Shown one piece after another: positions 9,819 through 18,886 of a DNA stretch of 41,925 bases. This DNA comes from an uncultured Ruminococcus sp. (GTDB lineage: Bacteria; Bacillota; Clostridia; Oscillospirales; CAG-272): the NCBI GenBank assembly GCA_964474245.1, contig CAYYRY010000002.1, forward strand, positions 2,340 to 44,264, written 5' to 3'. The position numbers and the translations under genes are program-made. Numbering within the stretch: the first letter of the stretch is position 1; every line of letters starts with the position of its first letter. Under the pieces are notes generated by a model that made no database searches, had not been told where the DNA came from, and worked only from the letters and a program-made list of their open reading frames with translations.

Positions 9819-9848
9819 TTGACATCATGTATGAATTAGTGATATAAT
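9819..9848 (+). promoter_or_regulatory. Sigma-A-type promoter (TTGACA-18-TATAAT) with a roughly 130-nt leader
   Basis: TTGACA lies at 9819-9824 and TATAAT at 9843-9848, upstream of the gene at 9982. Confidence 0.55.
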
Positions 9849-9981
9849 TTAAAGGAAAGGTGTCTTGTGCTAAAGCACTTTGCAAAGACGGGGCGTATCC
9901 TTCGTGTACATGCGGGATACACGTGTACCACCCCCATGACAGCGCAGCTCCAATTATGATTCGGAAGGAACGCCACGGATA

Positions 9982-10800
9982 ATGAAGGTGAACGGAAAGA
10001 TACTTTTTTCTTCTCTCAAGGGAGGCGTCGGTAAGTCAACGGCGGCTACTCTTGTGGCGGCATCTCTTGCCGAGGACGGGTACAAGACAGTGCTTGTAGA
10101 TCTTGACTTCCGTTCCAGAAGCCTTGACCTCATATCGGGTGTTACCGACAAGGTCATTTTTACCTTTGATGATTTTCTTCTCGGGAGATGCAGTGCGGAT
10201 GCCGCACTTGTTCCAGTTCTCAAGTGCTCCTCCAAGAAAAATCTCGGCGGAGAGGGACAGCTTCTTCTGTGCCCTGCCTGTGCTGAGACGGTCTTTGAGT
10301 CCGGCGGCGACGATATGTACGCCAAGATCCCCGAGGCTCTCGACAGACTAGTAGCAGAGTCCGGTGCGGATTTCGTTATTTGTGACACCGGTGCAGACAG
10401 CCGTATTCCAACCATAATTGCCGAAGGCTTTGCCACTCTCGCCGTTATCGTTTCGGAGCAAAGCAGAACCTCGGTGAGAGCAGCTGAGGCAACGGCACAA
10501 AGACTGTCAAAGTGTAAGTGCGTTAAGTCTGTGAGACTTTTGATAAATAATTTTGACGTGGAAGCTGCAAGACGCGGCGGAAGGGCGGGTATACTTGAAA
10601 TGATCGACGGATGCTCCGTCAGATGTATCGGAGTCATTCCGGAGGACAGATCCATTGCTGCAAGGCAGGATGCCGGACTTCTCCCCCACAGATCATCCCC
10701 CGTTATCCCGGCTTCACGTAATATTGCAAGACGTATTCAGGGAATTGAAACTCCCCTGTTTTATAAAATGAAAAAAGAAAGGCGCAGAACTGTTCTGTAG
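9982..10800 (+). CDS. MinD/ParA-family P-loop ATPase
   Basis: A deviant Walker A (SLKGGVGKSTAA) is followed by the VLVDLD Walker A' region. No minC or minE is adjacent, so I do not call it a true MinD. Confidence 0.8.
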   Translation: MKVNGKILFSSLKGGVGKSTAATLVAASLAEDGYKTVLVDLDFRSRSLDLISGVTDKVIFTFDDFLLGRCSADAALVPVLKCSSKKNLGGEGQLLLCPACAETVFESGGDDMYAKIPEALDRLVAESGADFVICDTGADSRIPTIIAEGFATLAVIVSEQSRTSVRAAEATAQRLSKCKCVKSVRLLINNFDVEAARRGGRAGILEMIDGCSVRCIGVIPEDRSIAARQDAGLLPHRSSPVIPASRNIARRIQGIETPLFYKMKKERRRTVL

Positions 10801-10833
10801 CTTTAATAATACACACAGAAAGGATACACAACT

Positions 10834-11277
10834 ATGGACATCGCCCTCATTGCCGACGATACTAAAAAAGAACTTATGACTCAATTTTGCATAGCATACT
10901 GCGGAATTCTGTCGAAGCATCATATTTGCGCGACAAGTACCACCGGTAAGTATGTATCCGATGCAACGGGTCTTGATATCGATCTGCTTCTCGCAGGAGA
11001 GCATGGCGGACAGCAGCAGATCACTTCCCGTATTTCCTACAACGAGATCGATATTCTTTTGTATTTCCGCAGTACTACTCCCAATATCAACCGTGAGCTT
11101 GAGGAGTCAGACTATAACCTTCTCCGTATGTGTGACGTTCATAACGTTCCGGTCGCTACCAATATAGCGACTGCGGAGGTCCTTATCTGCGCCCTTGAAA
11201 GAGGAGATCTTGACTGGAGAGAGATCGTAAATCCCCGTTCCGATTACAACCGCCGCCGCCGCGGAATTCTGTATTGA
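10834..11277 (+). CDS. Methylglyoxal-synthase-like (MGS-like) domain protein, catalytic residues substituted
   Basis: It aligns by eye with MgsA (IALIA.D.KK, ATSTTG, GG.QQI, VPVATN). The positions of the catalytic His, Asp and His read D, Q and a non-His residue (see finding). Confidence 0.72.
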   Translation: MDIALIADDTKKELMTQFCIAYCGILSKHHICATSTTGKYVSDATGLDIDLLLAGEHGGQQQITSRISYNEIDILLYFRSTTPNINRELEESDYNLLRMCDVHNVPVATNIATAEVLICALERGDLDWREIVNPRSDYNRRRRGILY

Positions 11278-11289
11278 TTCGGGTACGGT

Positions 11290-11898
11290 ATGAACATGAA
11301 AACAATACTGACACGTGCAGCGGCTATTGTCGCTGCCGTAGTTGTACTGGCACTTCTGACCTCGTGCGGCGTGAAATACGAGGAGTCGGAGATCACGTCG
11401 GCGGCAGCAGAGCTTATTGAGGCTTCTTATGAGATAAACACCATCTACTTCGGCTCGGGACTTCCCGGGGTTAAGTCCGATGATGAAATACTGAAGCATT
11501 ATGAGATTGCCGAGGACAGCCCATACCGCACCGAACAGGAAATCAAAACTGCGACCCTTGCAGTATATACGGAAGACTATTGTGAATATCTCTTCGAAAA
11601 GGCGTTCAGCGGATTTTCCGTTTCTCTCGGAGATGAGGACAGCGTTGATTCCGAGGAGATAATTGATGCAAGATACGTGGAATATGCCGGAAGACTCGTT
11701 ATTCTTCCCATTGATGAAGACGAGATAATGAAGCTTGACCGCACGTATGATACTGCGAATATTAAGGTAGTAAAACAAAAAAACGGCAGAGTTACTCTGT
11801 CGGTGCCGTCCTTCGTAGACGGTGTTCCGGATGAGGATATTACTCTTACCGTTATCAAGACGGATAACGGATGGAGATTTGACAGTCCGACCTATTGA
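11290..11898 (+). CDS. Putative lipoprotein, unknown function
   Basis: A signal peptide ends in the lipobox LTSC. The start could instead be the ATG at 11296. Confidence 0.6.
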   Translation: MNMKTILTRAAAIVAAVVVLALLTSCGVKYEESEITSAAAELIEASYEINTIYFGSGLPGVKSDDEILKHYEIAEDSPYRTEQEIKTATLAVYTEDYCEYLFEKAFSGFSVSLGDEDSVDSEEIIDARYVEYAGRLVILPIDEDEIMKLDRTYDTANIKVVKQKNGRVTLSVPSFVDGVPDEDITLTVIKTDNGWRFDSPTY

Positions 11899-12072
11899 TG
11901 CCTTATGTCCGTCGGCAGCGCCCCTGCTCATGACAGCGGGATTGCGTTGCCGATTTGTTTTTGGACGGCTCCTGACCGACTTTTTATGTGTCCGGTATGT
12001 AGAGACAGACAAGGCAGTACGGAGCTTTAATCAAGATTTCCGCTTCGGCGGAATGAACGGAGACGAAAGTAA

Positions 12073-12858
12073 GTGAACGTTAAGATATTGATGCTTGGTG
12101 ACGTTGTAGGTGTCTGCGGATGCGATTATCTGGCGTCCAAAGGACGGCTCAGACAGTTTGTGCGCGACAATGGGATATCTCTCGTTATAGCAAACGGAGA
12201 AAATTCCGCCGACGGAAACGGCATTACCCCAACCTCTGCAAGAAGCCTGTATGAGGCGGGCGTTGATATAATTACCGGCGGTAATCATACCTTCAGAAAA
12301 AAGAACATCTATTCCATGCTTGACGACGAATCGGGACTTCTGCGTCCTGCCAACTATACATCCCACGCTCCCGGAGTGGGACATATGACGGTGGAGGTAT
12401 TCGGATACAGGATACTTGTAATTAATTTGTCGGGGCAGGTTTATATGGATACCCATATTTCCTCCCCGTTTGAGAAGCTCGACAGTATCCTTTCGTTTGA
12501 GTCGGGACGGTATGATGCTGCTGTTGTGGATATTCACGCAGAGGCCACCAGCGAAAAACTCGCTCTTGCGAGATATGCAGTGAACAGAGTATCGGCAGTT
12601 GCGGGAACTCATACTCATATTCCCACATCAGACGTGCGTATCCTCGGAGGATATACGGGATATATTACAGACCTCGGTATGTGCGGCTCCCATGCAGGGG
12701 TTTTAGGCGTAAGGACCGAGGATATAATAAGAAAATTCCTGTCTCCCTTTCCCGTTACCTTTACTCCTGCTGAGGGAGAAGCTGAGGCGGAGGGGGCTGT
12801 ATTTACCATAGAGCTTCCGAGTGGCAGATGCATTGCCGCGGAAAGCTGCAGATTCTGA
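12073..12858 (+). CDS. ymdB: YmdB-family metallophosphoesterase (2',3'-cyclic-nucleotide phosphodiesterase-like)
   Basis: A GTG start is followed by KILMLGDVVG, then NGENSA.GNG and GGNH motifs characteristic of TIGR00282/YmdB. Confidence 0.85.
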   Translation: MNVKILMLGDVVGVCGCDYLASKGRLRQFVRDNGISLVIANGENSADGNGITPTSARSLYEAGVDIITGGNHTFRKKNIYSMLDDESGLLRPANYTSHAPGVGHMTVEVFGYRILVINLSGQVYMDTHISSPFEKLDSILSFESGRYDAAVVDIHAEATSEKLALARYAVNRVSAVAGTHTHIPTSDVRILGGYTGYITDLGMCGSHAGVLGVRTEDIIRKFLSPFPVTFTPAEGEAEAEGAVFTIELPSGRCIAAESCRF

Positions 12859-12885
12859 TCTTATATAACGAAAGGAAACGCGTGG

Positions 12886-13299
12886 ATGAGTGGAAATGAG
12901 CTTATATACCCCAGCGACGTAATGAGCGAGGAGTCGGCGTCACAGATATCTGCGGCGTCTCTTGCGTATCTCGGAGACTCTGTGCTTGAGGTACTCGTGA
13001 GAGAAAGGCTTGTCAGAGAAGCGGTGAAGAATCCGAGCGTGGTGGCTTTGAAGTACGTAACTGCACCTGCTCAAAGTGATGCATTTGCCAATATAGAGAA
13101 CTCCCTCAGCGAGAAGGAAGATGATATGTTCCGCCGCGGAAGAAACTGTGTACACTCCGGTGTTCCGCGCCATGCAACCCCTTCACAGTACAGAAGAGCA
13201 ACCGGACTTGAAGCTCTGTTCGGATATCTGTACCTGACGGGAAATATGGATAGGGCACGAGAGCTTTTCTCCAAGGCTTATCCTGAGCTTGATAAATAA
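12886..13299 (+). CDS. mrnC: Mini-ribonuclease 3
   Basis: LAYLGDSVLEVLVRE RNase III signature in a ~137 aa protein lacking dsRBD. Confidence 0.85.
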   Translation: MSGNELIYPSDVMSEESASQISAASLAYLGDSVLEVLVRERLVREAVKNPSVVALKYVTAPAQSDAFANIENSLSEKEDDMFRRGRNCVHSGVPRHATPSQYRRATGLEALFGYLYLTGNMDRARELFSKAYPELDK

Positions 13300-13408
13300 A
13301 AAATGTTACCAAAGTATTATATTTTTTGCATATATCTTGATTTTGATATATGAAATATCATATAATAAAGGTAAAGCAGAATTCACCGACTGAAAGGAAT
13401 GTGTAATC

Positions 13409-13669
13409 ATGCCTAAGTTTGAAAATAATAAAACCATTACTTTTTCCATCCGTGAGGAGGAAAGAGACAGAGAACGCCATGCGAAGTTGAGAGCCGTTTA
13501 CGATGCTCTGACAGAAAAGGGATACAATCCCCTTAACCAGATCGCCGGCTATATTCTTACCGAGGACCCCACCTATATAACCAACCACCGAAATGCGAGA
13601 GCCATTATGAGCAAGCTCGACAGAGACGAGCTTCTCAATGCACTTCTCAAAGAATATCTCGGCCTTTAA
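13409..13669 (+). CDS. IreB-family regulatory phosphoprotein (UPF0297)
   Basis: The 86-aa product contains YNPLNQIAGYILTEDPTYITNHRNAR, the hallmark of UPF0297/IreB. A TTGATT-18-TATAAT promoter lies at 13337-13366. Confidence 0.85.
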   Translation: MPKFENNKTITFSIREEERDRERHAKLRAVYDALTEKGYNPLNQIAGYILTEDPTYITNHRNARAIMSKLDRDELLNALLKEYLGL

Positions 13670-13678
13670 GTCTGTTGT

Positions 13679-14695
13679 ATGGAAAAGGTCGTGCTGACCG
13701 AAAGGCTGCAACCCGTGTCAAGACTTGCCTTCGGCTCACTGACTCTCAGTCCCATGCAAACAGCTATGCGGACGGATGAGGCTGCGGATATAATCGCATA
13801 TGCCTTCGAAAGAGGAGTCAACTTCATCGACACGGCACAATACTATAAAAATTACCACATCATACGCCGGGCTTTTGAAAAATACGGAAAGTCCGACGAT
13901 ATTGTGCTGTCTACCAAAAGCTACGCCTACGACAGAGCAACCGCTGAAGCATCACTTGAAGAGGCAAGACGTGAGACCGGACGGGACGTCATAGATATTT
14001 TTATGCTTCATGAGCAGGAGAGCTATGATACGCTCCGCGGTCACTCTGAGGCGCTTGAATACTTTTTCGAGTGCCGTGAAAAGGGACTTATCCGTGCGGT
14101 GGGTGCTTCCATGCATCACGTAGCCGCTGTGAACGGTGTTTCAAGACTTGCCCGAGCACGGGGAATGTTGCTTGACGTGATCCACCCCATATATAATAAA
14201 GCCGGTATCGGCATTGCTGACGGGAAGCTTGATGATATGGCGGCAGCTGTAAAAGAAGTCCATGGAATGGGCGTTGGTGTGTTCGGAATGAAGGCACTTG
14301 CAGGCGGTCACTTATGTGCATCTGCCGCTGAGGCGTTTGACTTTGTTCTCGATTCGGGGTTTGTCGATGCCGTTGCCGTAGGTATGCAGTCCGTGTCCGA
14401 GGTGGATGCCAATATCGAGTATTTCGAATCCCGAAGCTTTTCTGAAAATCATCAAAAGGAGCTTTCAGAAAAGAAACGATACCTTCACGTGGAGGAATAC
14501 TGCGAGGGCTGCGGTGCCTGCGTATCGCGTTGTCCTGTCGGTGCCATGAGGCTTGTTCCGAACAGCACCGCTGATAACACAGATGGCGAATTTGTACACA
14601 GCTATACCCATCATGCAGAGTGTGACAGCGAAAAATGCGTTCTATGCGGATATTGCTCCGGCGTTTGTCCCGTCTTTGCAGTTAAGGTGTACTGA
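13679..14695 (+). CDS. Aldo/keto reductase fused to a 2x[4Fe-4S] ferredoxin domain
   Basis: An AKR-like N-terminus (GVNFIDTAQYY) is followed by two CxxCxxCxxxCP motifs at the C-terminus. Confidence 0.8.
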   Translation: MEKVVLTERLQPVSRLAFGSLTLSPMQTAMRTDEAADIIAYAFERGVNFIDTAQYYKNYHIIRRAFEKYGKSDDIVLSTKSYAYDRATAEASLEEARRETGRDVIDIFMLHEQESYDTLRGHSEALEYFFECREKGLIRAVGASMHHVAAVNGVSRLARARGMLLDVIHPIYNKAGIGIADGKLDDMAAAVKEVHGMGVGVFGMKALAGGHLCASAAEAFDFVLDSGFVDAVAVGMQSVSEVDANIEYFESRSFSENHQKELSEKKRYLHVEEYCEGCGACVSRCPVGAMRLVPNSTADNTDGEFVHSYTHHAECDSEKCVLCGYCSGVCPVFAVKVY

Positions 14696-14799
14696 TGTTC
14701 CTTGAAGTTTACTTGCTTTAACGTGCATTATACATAAGCGGATGCGACATGGAGCATATATGTGAGCTTTACTAAAGTATTATCATTATCGGAGATGCC

Positions 14800-15822
14800 A
14801 TGATCATATATTCTTTGCCTTCTTCGGCAATGTCGGAGAATCTTCCGAGTGGCGCTGTAATAGCCCTCGGTTTTTTCGACGGAGTCCATCTGGGACACCG
14901 TTTAATAATTGATACTGCAAGACGTGAAGCGGACAGGCGCGGAGCAGTTCCGTGCGTCTGGATGATATCGTCCGGCGACAAGGAGTACAAAAGCGGCTCT
15001 CCGTATCTTGTTTGTGAAAGCGAAAAGTCAAATCTTCTGTATGAAGCAGGCGCAAGGTTTGCCGCAGTGTATGATTTTTCTGAGCTTCGTAACCTTGACG
15101 GCGAACATTTCGTATCTGAGATCTTAAAGCGGGAGCTTGGTGCATCCTGTGTCGTGTGCGGCTTTAATTTCAGGTTCGGCAAGGGGGCATCGTGGGACGT
15201 TTGCGATCTTACCCGGATTTGTATGAAGCATGGTATTGACGTGGTAGTGTCTGATGCAGTAACTGACGAGGCGGGAGAATGTATTTCTTCAACCAGAATC
15301 CGACAGTTGATCTCTGAGGGTGAAGTGGCTGAGGCGGCGCTGATGCTCGGAAGACCGTACAGCTTTACTTCGACAGTGCTTGAAGGCAAGAGGCTGGGAC
15401 GCCGACTTGGCTTTCCTACGGTAAATCAGCTTCCGGAGGACGGAAGGCTTATGCCAAAGAGAGGCGTTTATGCAGTTTGCGCGGAGTTTGAGCTTGATGG
15501 TAAGGTGTATTCGTATCCGGGAGCCGCAAACGTAGGCTTTTGCCCGACATTGGCCCGTACGGAGGCGGTATCGACAGACGCCAACGGTACAAAGCCACAT
15601 TCCATAGGTGTGGCGTCTGAAGGACACGCAGTATGTGAAACGTACATTGCAGACTTTAGCGGAGACCTTTACGGTAAGACTGTGAAGATAATGTTTTTGG
15701 AGAGACTTCGCGGAGAGACGAGGTTTGCATCCGTTGATGAGCTCAAGGCACAGATCGGAAATGATGCCGAGAGAGCTGTGAAAATATACAATGAAATTTA
15801 CGGAAAAGGAAAAAATGATTGA
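14800..15822 (+). CDS. ribF: Bifunctional riboflavin kinase / FAD synthetase
   Basis: ALGFFDGVHLGHR FAD-synthetase motif; C-terminal riboflavin kinase motifs (GFPTVN, E.YI.DF). Confidence 0.9.
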   Translation: MIIYSLPSSAMSENLPSGAVIALGFFDGVHLGHRLIIDTARREADRRGAVPCVWMISSGDKEYKSGSPYLVCESEKSNLLYEAGARFAAVYDFSELRNLDGEHFVSEILKRELGASCVVCGFNFRFGKGASWDVCDLTRICMKHGIDVVVSDAVTDEAGECISSTRIRQLISEGEVAEAALMLGRPYSFTSTVLEGKRLGRRLGFPTVNQLPEDGRLMPKRGVYAVCAEFELDGKVYSYPGAANVGFCPTLARTEAVSTDANGTKPHSIGVASEGHAVCETYIADFSGDLYGKTVKIMFLERLRGETRFASVDELKAQIGNDAERAVKIYNEIYGKGKND

Positions 15823-17215
15823 TTCTTATAAAAGATCTGCGGGCGGTCTGCTTTGCAGAATAACGTCAATGCTTATGGCGATGATATTTGTGCTGTCAAT
15901 GACTGCTTTGCCGTTGGCGGCGGAGGAACAGGCGAAAGATGAAGTTGACCCGTATGCTGTTCCCGAAATAGAAGCAGCGCCATATATATATATGTATAAT
16001 TTTGAAAACGACACCGTTCTTCATGAAAAAGGAGATATGAATCTTCCCGTATACCCCACGTCTACCGTGAAGATAATGACGGGAATCGTCGCTATAGAAG
16101 CTCTCGGAGATGAAGTGAAGACCAAGTCTGTCACCGTAACCGAGGAGATGCTTTCAAAGGTGGTGGGTAACAGCGTCGGCTTTATGGCCGGTGAAGTTGT
16201 CACAGCTGAACAGATGCTTTATTCAATGCTTGTGAACAATGCAAACGATGCGGCGATCATCCTTGCTTATATCGTTGCGGGAAACGTTGAGGATTTCGTT
16301 ATCATGATGAACGAAAAAGCTTTTGAGATAGGTGCACGCTCAACGTCATACAGTAACCCGACGGGTATGCACAGCGACTCCATGTACACGACGACTGCCG
16401 ATACGGTGACTCTTGCGAAATATGCCTATAAGAATCCGTACTTCATGGAGATCGTCAGCTCTCAGACATATCTCATGGAAGAGACCAATATGTCCGGATT
16501 CCGCAAGTTGTATAACAGAAATTGCCTTATGTCCAAGTATTACCGAAGCGATTATTTTTATTCGTATGCTATCGGTATGAATGCAGGCTCTACCGTGCAG
16601 GGCGGATATTCGTCCGTTTCCGTTGCCCGCAGTCCCGAGGGAGATCTGACATACCTTTGCGTAATTATGGGCGCACAGGCTGTTGAACCCGAAAATGAGG
16701 GCGGCGAGAAGATTCTGACAAACTACAGCGGTGCCATTTCAATGTTCAACTGGGCGTTCCGTTCCTTTGGGTATAAGGATGTGCTGTCCCAAAAGACCGT
16801 TGTGTGCGAGGTTCCCGTAGGACTTTCATCCACGGCGGATTACGTGACACTCGTTCCGTCGGAAAAGCTGTCGGTGTTCCTTCCCTCAAACATCGATCTG
16901 AAAACTGCGATAAAGGTGACCAGTACCACTGATGAAAACGTAAACGCTCCCATCACAAAAGGACAGAAGTTGGGCAGTGCCAAGGTAATGTACGGAGACG
17001 TAGAACTTGGCAGAGTTGACCTTATAGCAACGTCTGATATCACGAGAAGTGAATTTCTCTTTGCCTTAGAGAGGATCAGCGAGTTTACAAGGAGCAGATT
17101 CTTCATTGCGACTGTGGTTTCAGTAGTTATTCTTTCCATAGTTTACGTACTCGTGCAGGCGAGATCAAGACAGAAGAGACTGCGTTCCCGCGTGCCGAGA
17201 AATTACAGAAAATAA
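15791..17215 (+). CDS. Serine-type D-Ala-D-Ala carboxypeptidase (peptidase S11, PBP5-like) with C-terminal TM anchor
   Basis: It has a signal/TM segment, an STVK (SxxK) active-site motif and an NANDAA (SxN-like) motif, plus a C-terminal hydrophobic anchor. The start is uncertain (15791 or 15817) and overlaps the end of ribF. Confidence 0.85.
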   Translation: MKFTEKEKMIDSYKRSAGGLLCRITSMLMAMIFVLSMTALPLAAEEQAKDEVDPYAVPEIEAAPYIYMYNFENDTVLHEKGDMNLPVYPTSTVKIMTGIVAIEALGDEVKTKSVTVTEEMLSKVVGNSVGFMAGEVVTAEQMLYSMLVNNANDAAIILAYIVAGNVEDFVIMMNEKAFEIGARSTSYSNPTGMHSDSMYTTTADTVTLAKYAYKNPYFMEIVSSQTYLMEETNMSGFRKLYNRNCLMSKYYRSDYFYSYAIGMNAGSTVQGGYSSVSVARSPEGDLTYLCVIMGAQAVEPENEGGEKILTNYSGAISMFNWAFRSFGYKDVLSQKTVVCEVPVGLSSTADYVTLVPSEKLSVFLPSNIDLKTAIKVTSTTDENVNAPITKGQKLGSAKVMYGDVELGRVDLIATSDITRSEFLFALERISEFTRSRFFIATVVSVVILSIVYVLVQARSRQKRLRSRVPRNYRK

Positions 17216-17251
17216 GCTTTTCGGTGAGCTCAAACTTATATTTGTACGTCA

Positions 17252-17286
17252 AAGCGCCCCTCAGGGATATTCCCGGAGAGGCGCTT
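17252..17286. terminator. Bidirectional terminator hairpin between convergent genes
   Basis: AAGCGCCCCTC and GAGAGGCGCTT form inverted arms with one mismatch. The flanking T-run is poor, so confidence is moderate. Confidence 0.4.
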
Positions 17287-17293
17287 GATCGCT

Positions 17294-17998
17294 TTACCGC
17301 CGTACGTCAAATACGTTTGCTTTTCCGTCGGAGACGGTGAAATCTATTTCGAATCCTGCGTATGCCATGGTATATATTCTGTCGTCGTTTTGATATGACG
17401 GACGTGGGTCTTCTGCTAAACAGGCAACTGCGGCGGCACGTTTGTCTTCAGGAAGAAGACGCAGAAGCTCTTCGGGAAAATCCACGGTCAGATGGTGCTC
17501 CTTTTCAAAATCGGCATATCCTCCCACGGCATCCGGACGGCTGTCGGCGAAGGGGAGATAGGGCTTTATGTCGTATATGGGAGTGTTATCAAGAAGGTCT
17601 ACTCCCGAAACATTGAGGACGGTGCCGTACTTTTCGGTCTGCTCTACGGATATCAGCTTAACGCATGAAAGTCCGAGGGAATTGGGACGGAAGGGAGAAC
17701 GGCTGGCGAATACGCCTACCTTGCGGTTGCCTCCGAGACGCGGCGGTCTGACGGTGGGAGACCATGTACCTGAGTTTTCCCTGTTTGCCATGGAAAAGCC
17801 GAAGATAAGCCACAGATGCGAAAAGCTCTCGATCTCGCGGAGCGCGTCGGGATTACGGTATTTGGGTTCAAATATAACGGTACCCGCAAGCTCATTTACC
17901 CTGCCGCTTTGACGGGGGATACCGAACTTGTCCTTGAAGTCGGTTCTGATATGTGCTATGGGCTCTATAGTCAGCTTTTCGCTCATTGTATATCTCAC
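17294..17998 (-). CDS. trmO: tRNA (t6A37-N6)-methyltransferase TrmO (TsaA family)
   Basis: The IAHIRTDFKDKFGIPRQSG start, RPN.LG and DG.P..DIKPY motifs are typical of TrmO. Confidence 0.9.
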   Translation of the reverse strand: MRYTMSEKLTIEPIAHIRTDFKDKFGIPRQSGRVNELAGTVIFEPKYRNPDALREIESFSHLWLIFGFSMANRENSGTWSPTVRPPRLGGNRKVGVFASRSPFRPNSLGLSCVKLISVEQTEKYGTVLNVSGVDLLDNTPIYDIKPYLPFADSRPDAVGGYADFEKEHHLTVDFPEELLRLLPEDKRAAAVACLAEDPRPSYQNDDRIYTMAYAGFEIDFTVSDGKANVFDVRR

Positions 17999-18128
17999 CT
18001 GCCGTACTTTTTTGAATAATTCCGTAGGAATATTCTATCATAATTTTCCCCGAAAGTCCATAGTAAAGATAAAAACTGAGAATAATCAAAAAAATCGAAA
18101 AAATCTGAAACTTTTTTTAATTTAGGTA

Positions 18129-18157
18129 TTGCATTATAAGAAAAAGTGTGATATAAT
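18129..18157 (+). promoter_or_regulatory. Promoter of the tRNA gene (TTGCAT-17-TGaTATAAT)
   Basis: TTGCAT lies at 18129-18134 and TATAAT at 18152-18157, with an extended -10 TG at 18149-18150. Confidence 0.5.
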
Positions 18158-18174
18158 AAACGAGCCTTGAGCAA

Positions 18175-18249
18175 GGCCCGTTGGTCAAGCGGTCAAGACG
18201 CTAGCCTCTCACGCTGGAAACGGGGGTTCGATTCCCCCACGGGTCACCA
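18175..18249 (+). tRNA. tRNA-Glu (anticodon CUC), genomically encoded CCA
   Basis: Hand-folded. The acceptor stem is GGCCCGT/ACGGGTC with one G-U pair. The anticodon stem CTAGC/GCTGG carries the loop CTCTCAC. The T-arm is GGGGG-TTCGATT-CCCCC, with discriminator A followed by CCA. Confidence 0.9.
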
Positions 18250-18255
18250 AAAACG

Positions 18256-18288
18256 AAAGCACTTCGAAAGAAGTGCTTTTCTGTTTTT
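18256..18288 (+). terminator. Intrinsic terminator after tRNA-Glu
   Basis: AAAGCACTTC-GAAA-GAAGTGCTTT is a perfect 10-bp stem with a GNRA-type loop. A T-rich tract follows. Confidence 0.8.
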
Positions 18289-18313
18289 GGAACGATGTGT
18301 TCCGCAAGCGGAA

Positions 18314-18460
18314 CGTGATGCGCACGATCTGCGTGATGTATCCTTCGGACGTGATGTGCGTTGCGCGCGTGAGGCGGAACACATCACATCACTGCGAATG
18401 AAATGAGCAACATCACTGTGCGGAGCACAACATCACTTGACCGTCAGGGCATACATCACT
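18314..18460. repeat. Convergent array of short repeats: 4x CGTGA(T/G)G at exact 18-nt spacing, then 4-5x ACATCACT (the reverse complement of the same core)
   Basis: CGTGATG/CGTGAGG units start at 18314, 18332, 18350 and 18368. ACATCACT occurs at 18386, 18410, 18430 and 18453, with an overlapping CATCAC at 18382. Confidence 0.7.
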
Positions 18461-18513
18461 CTTTACAAACTATCAAATTTAAGTTATAATATGTGTGAAA
18501 ACGAGGTGTTACT

Positions 18514-18886
18514 ATGACAGAATCAAAGCTTAGAACTTTATCTATGGACTTCGCAGTTGAGATTATTGAACTTGTTAAATGCTTAAAATCCCAACACGAA
18601 ACTGTTATTTCAAACCGAATCGGTCGTTCCGGCACGTCCATAGGTGCTAACATCCACGAAGCAAACTACGCTCAGGGCAAAAGACTTTATTTCAAAACTC
18701 GAAATTGCTCTCAAGGAGGCGAGTGAAACAGGTTATTGGCTTGAACTTTTGTACAAGACGAGTTATATAGACGGACAACAGTATAAAGCTCTTTCAGATA
18801 AATGCACTACTATTCGCGTGATGCTTGTTGAATATTGTCCGGATATAAAGGTTATTTTGAACGATGAAAACAACCTTAGGCTATGA
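18514..18886 (+). pseudogene. Four-helix-bundle protein (23S rRNA intervening-sequence protein family), frameshifted
   Basis: Two overlapping track ORFs (frame 1 from 18514, frame 2 from 18644) together give one family-like sequence: ...GTSIGANIHEANYAQGK | KDFISKLEIALKEASETGYWLELL.... The frame switch falls at the A4 run at 18679-18682. Confidence 0.6.

Noticed and set aside
9850-9981. Roughly 130-nt leader upstream of the MinD/ParA-like gene as a riboswitch or sRNA
   Set aside because: It contains some local palindromes (GTGTACATGCGGGATACACGTGTAC), but I recognise no known riboswitch consensus and see no terminator. It is left as an untranslated leader.
11107-12012. 301-aa minus-strand ORF overlapping the MGS-like and lipoprotein genes
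   Set aside because: It has Arg/Ser-rich composition with no motifs, and it overlaps two plus-strand ORFs that have a recognisable domain or signal peptide.
14696-14799. FMN riboswitch upstream of ribF
   Set aside because: The region is short, with none of the conserved FMN-element segments recognisable. ribF itself is not usually riboswitch-controlled.
9954-15389. Long antisense ORFs 9954-10655, 12031-12618 and 14772-15389 (minus strand)
   Set aside because: Each lies opposite a confidently identified plus-strand gene (MinD/ParA-like, ymdB, ribF) and has Ser/Arg/Pro-rich shadow-ORF composition.
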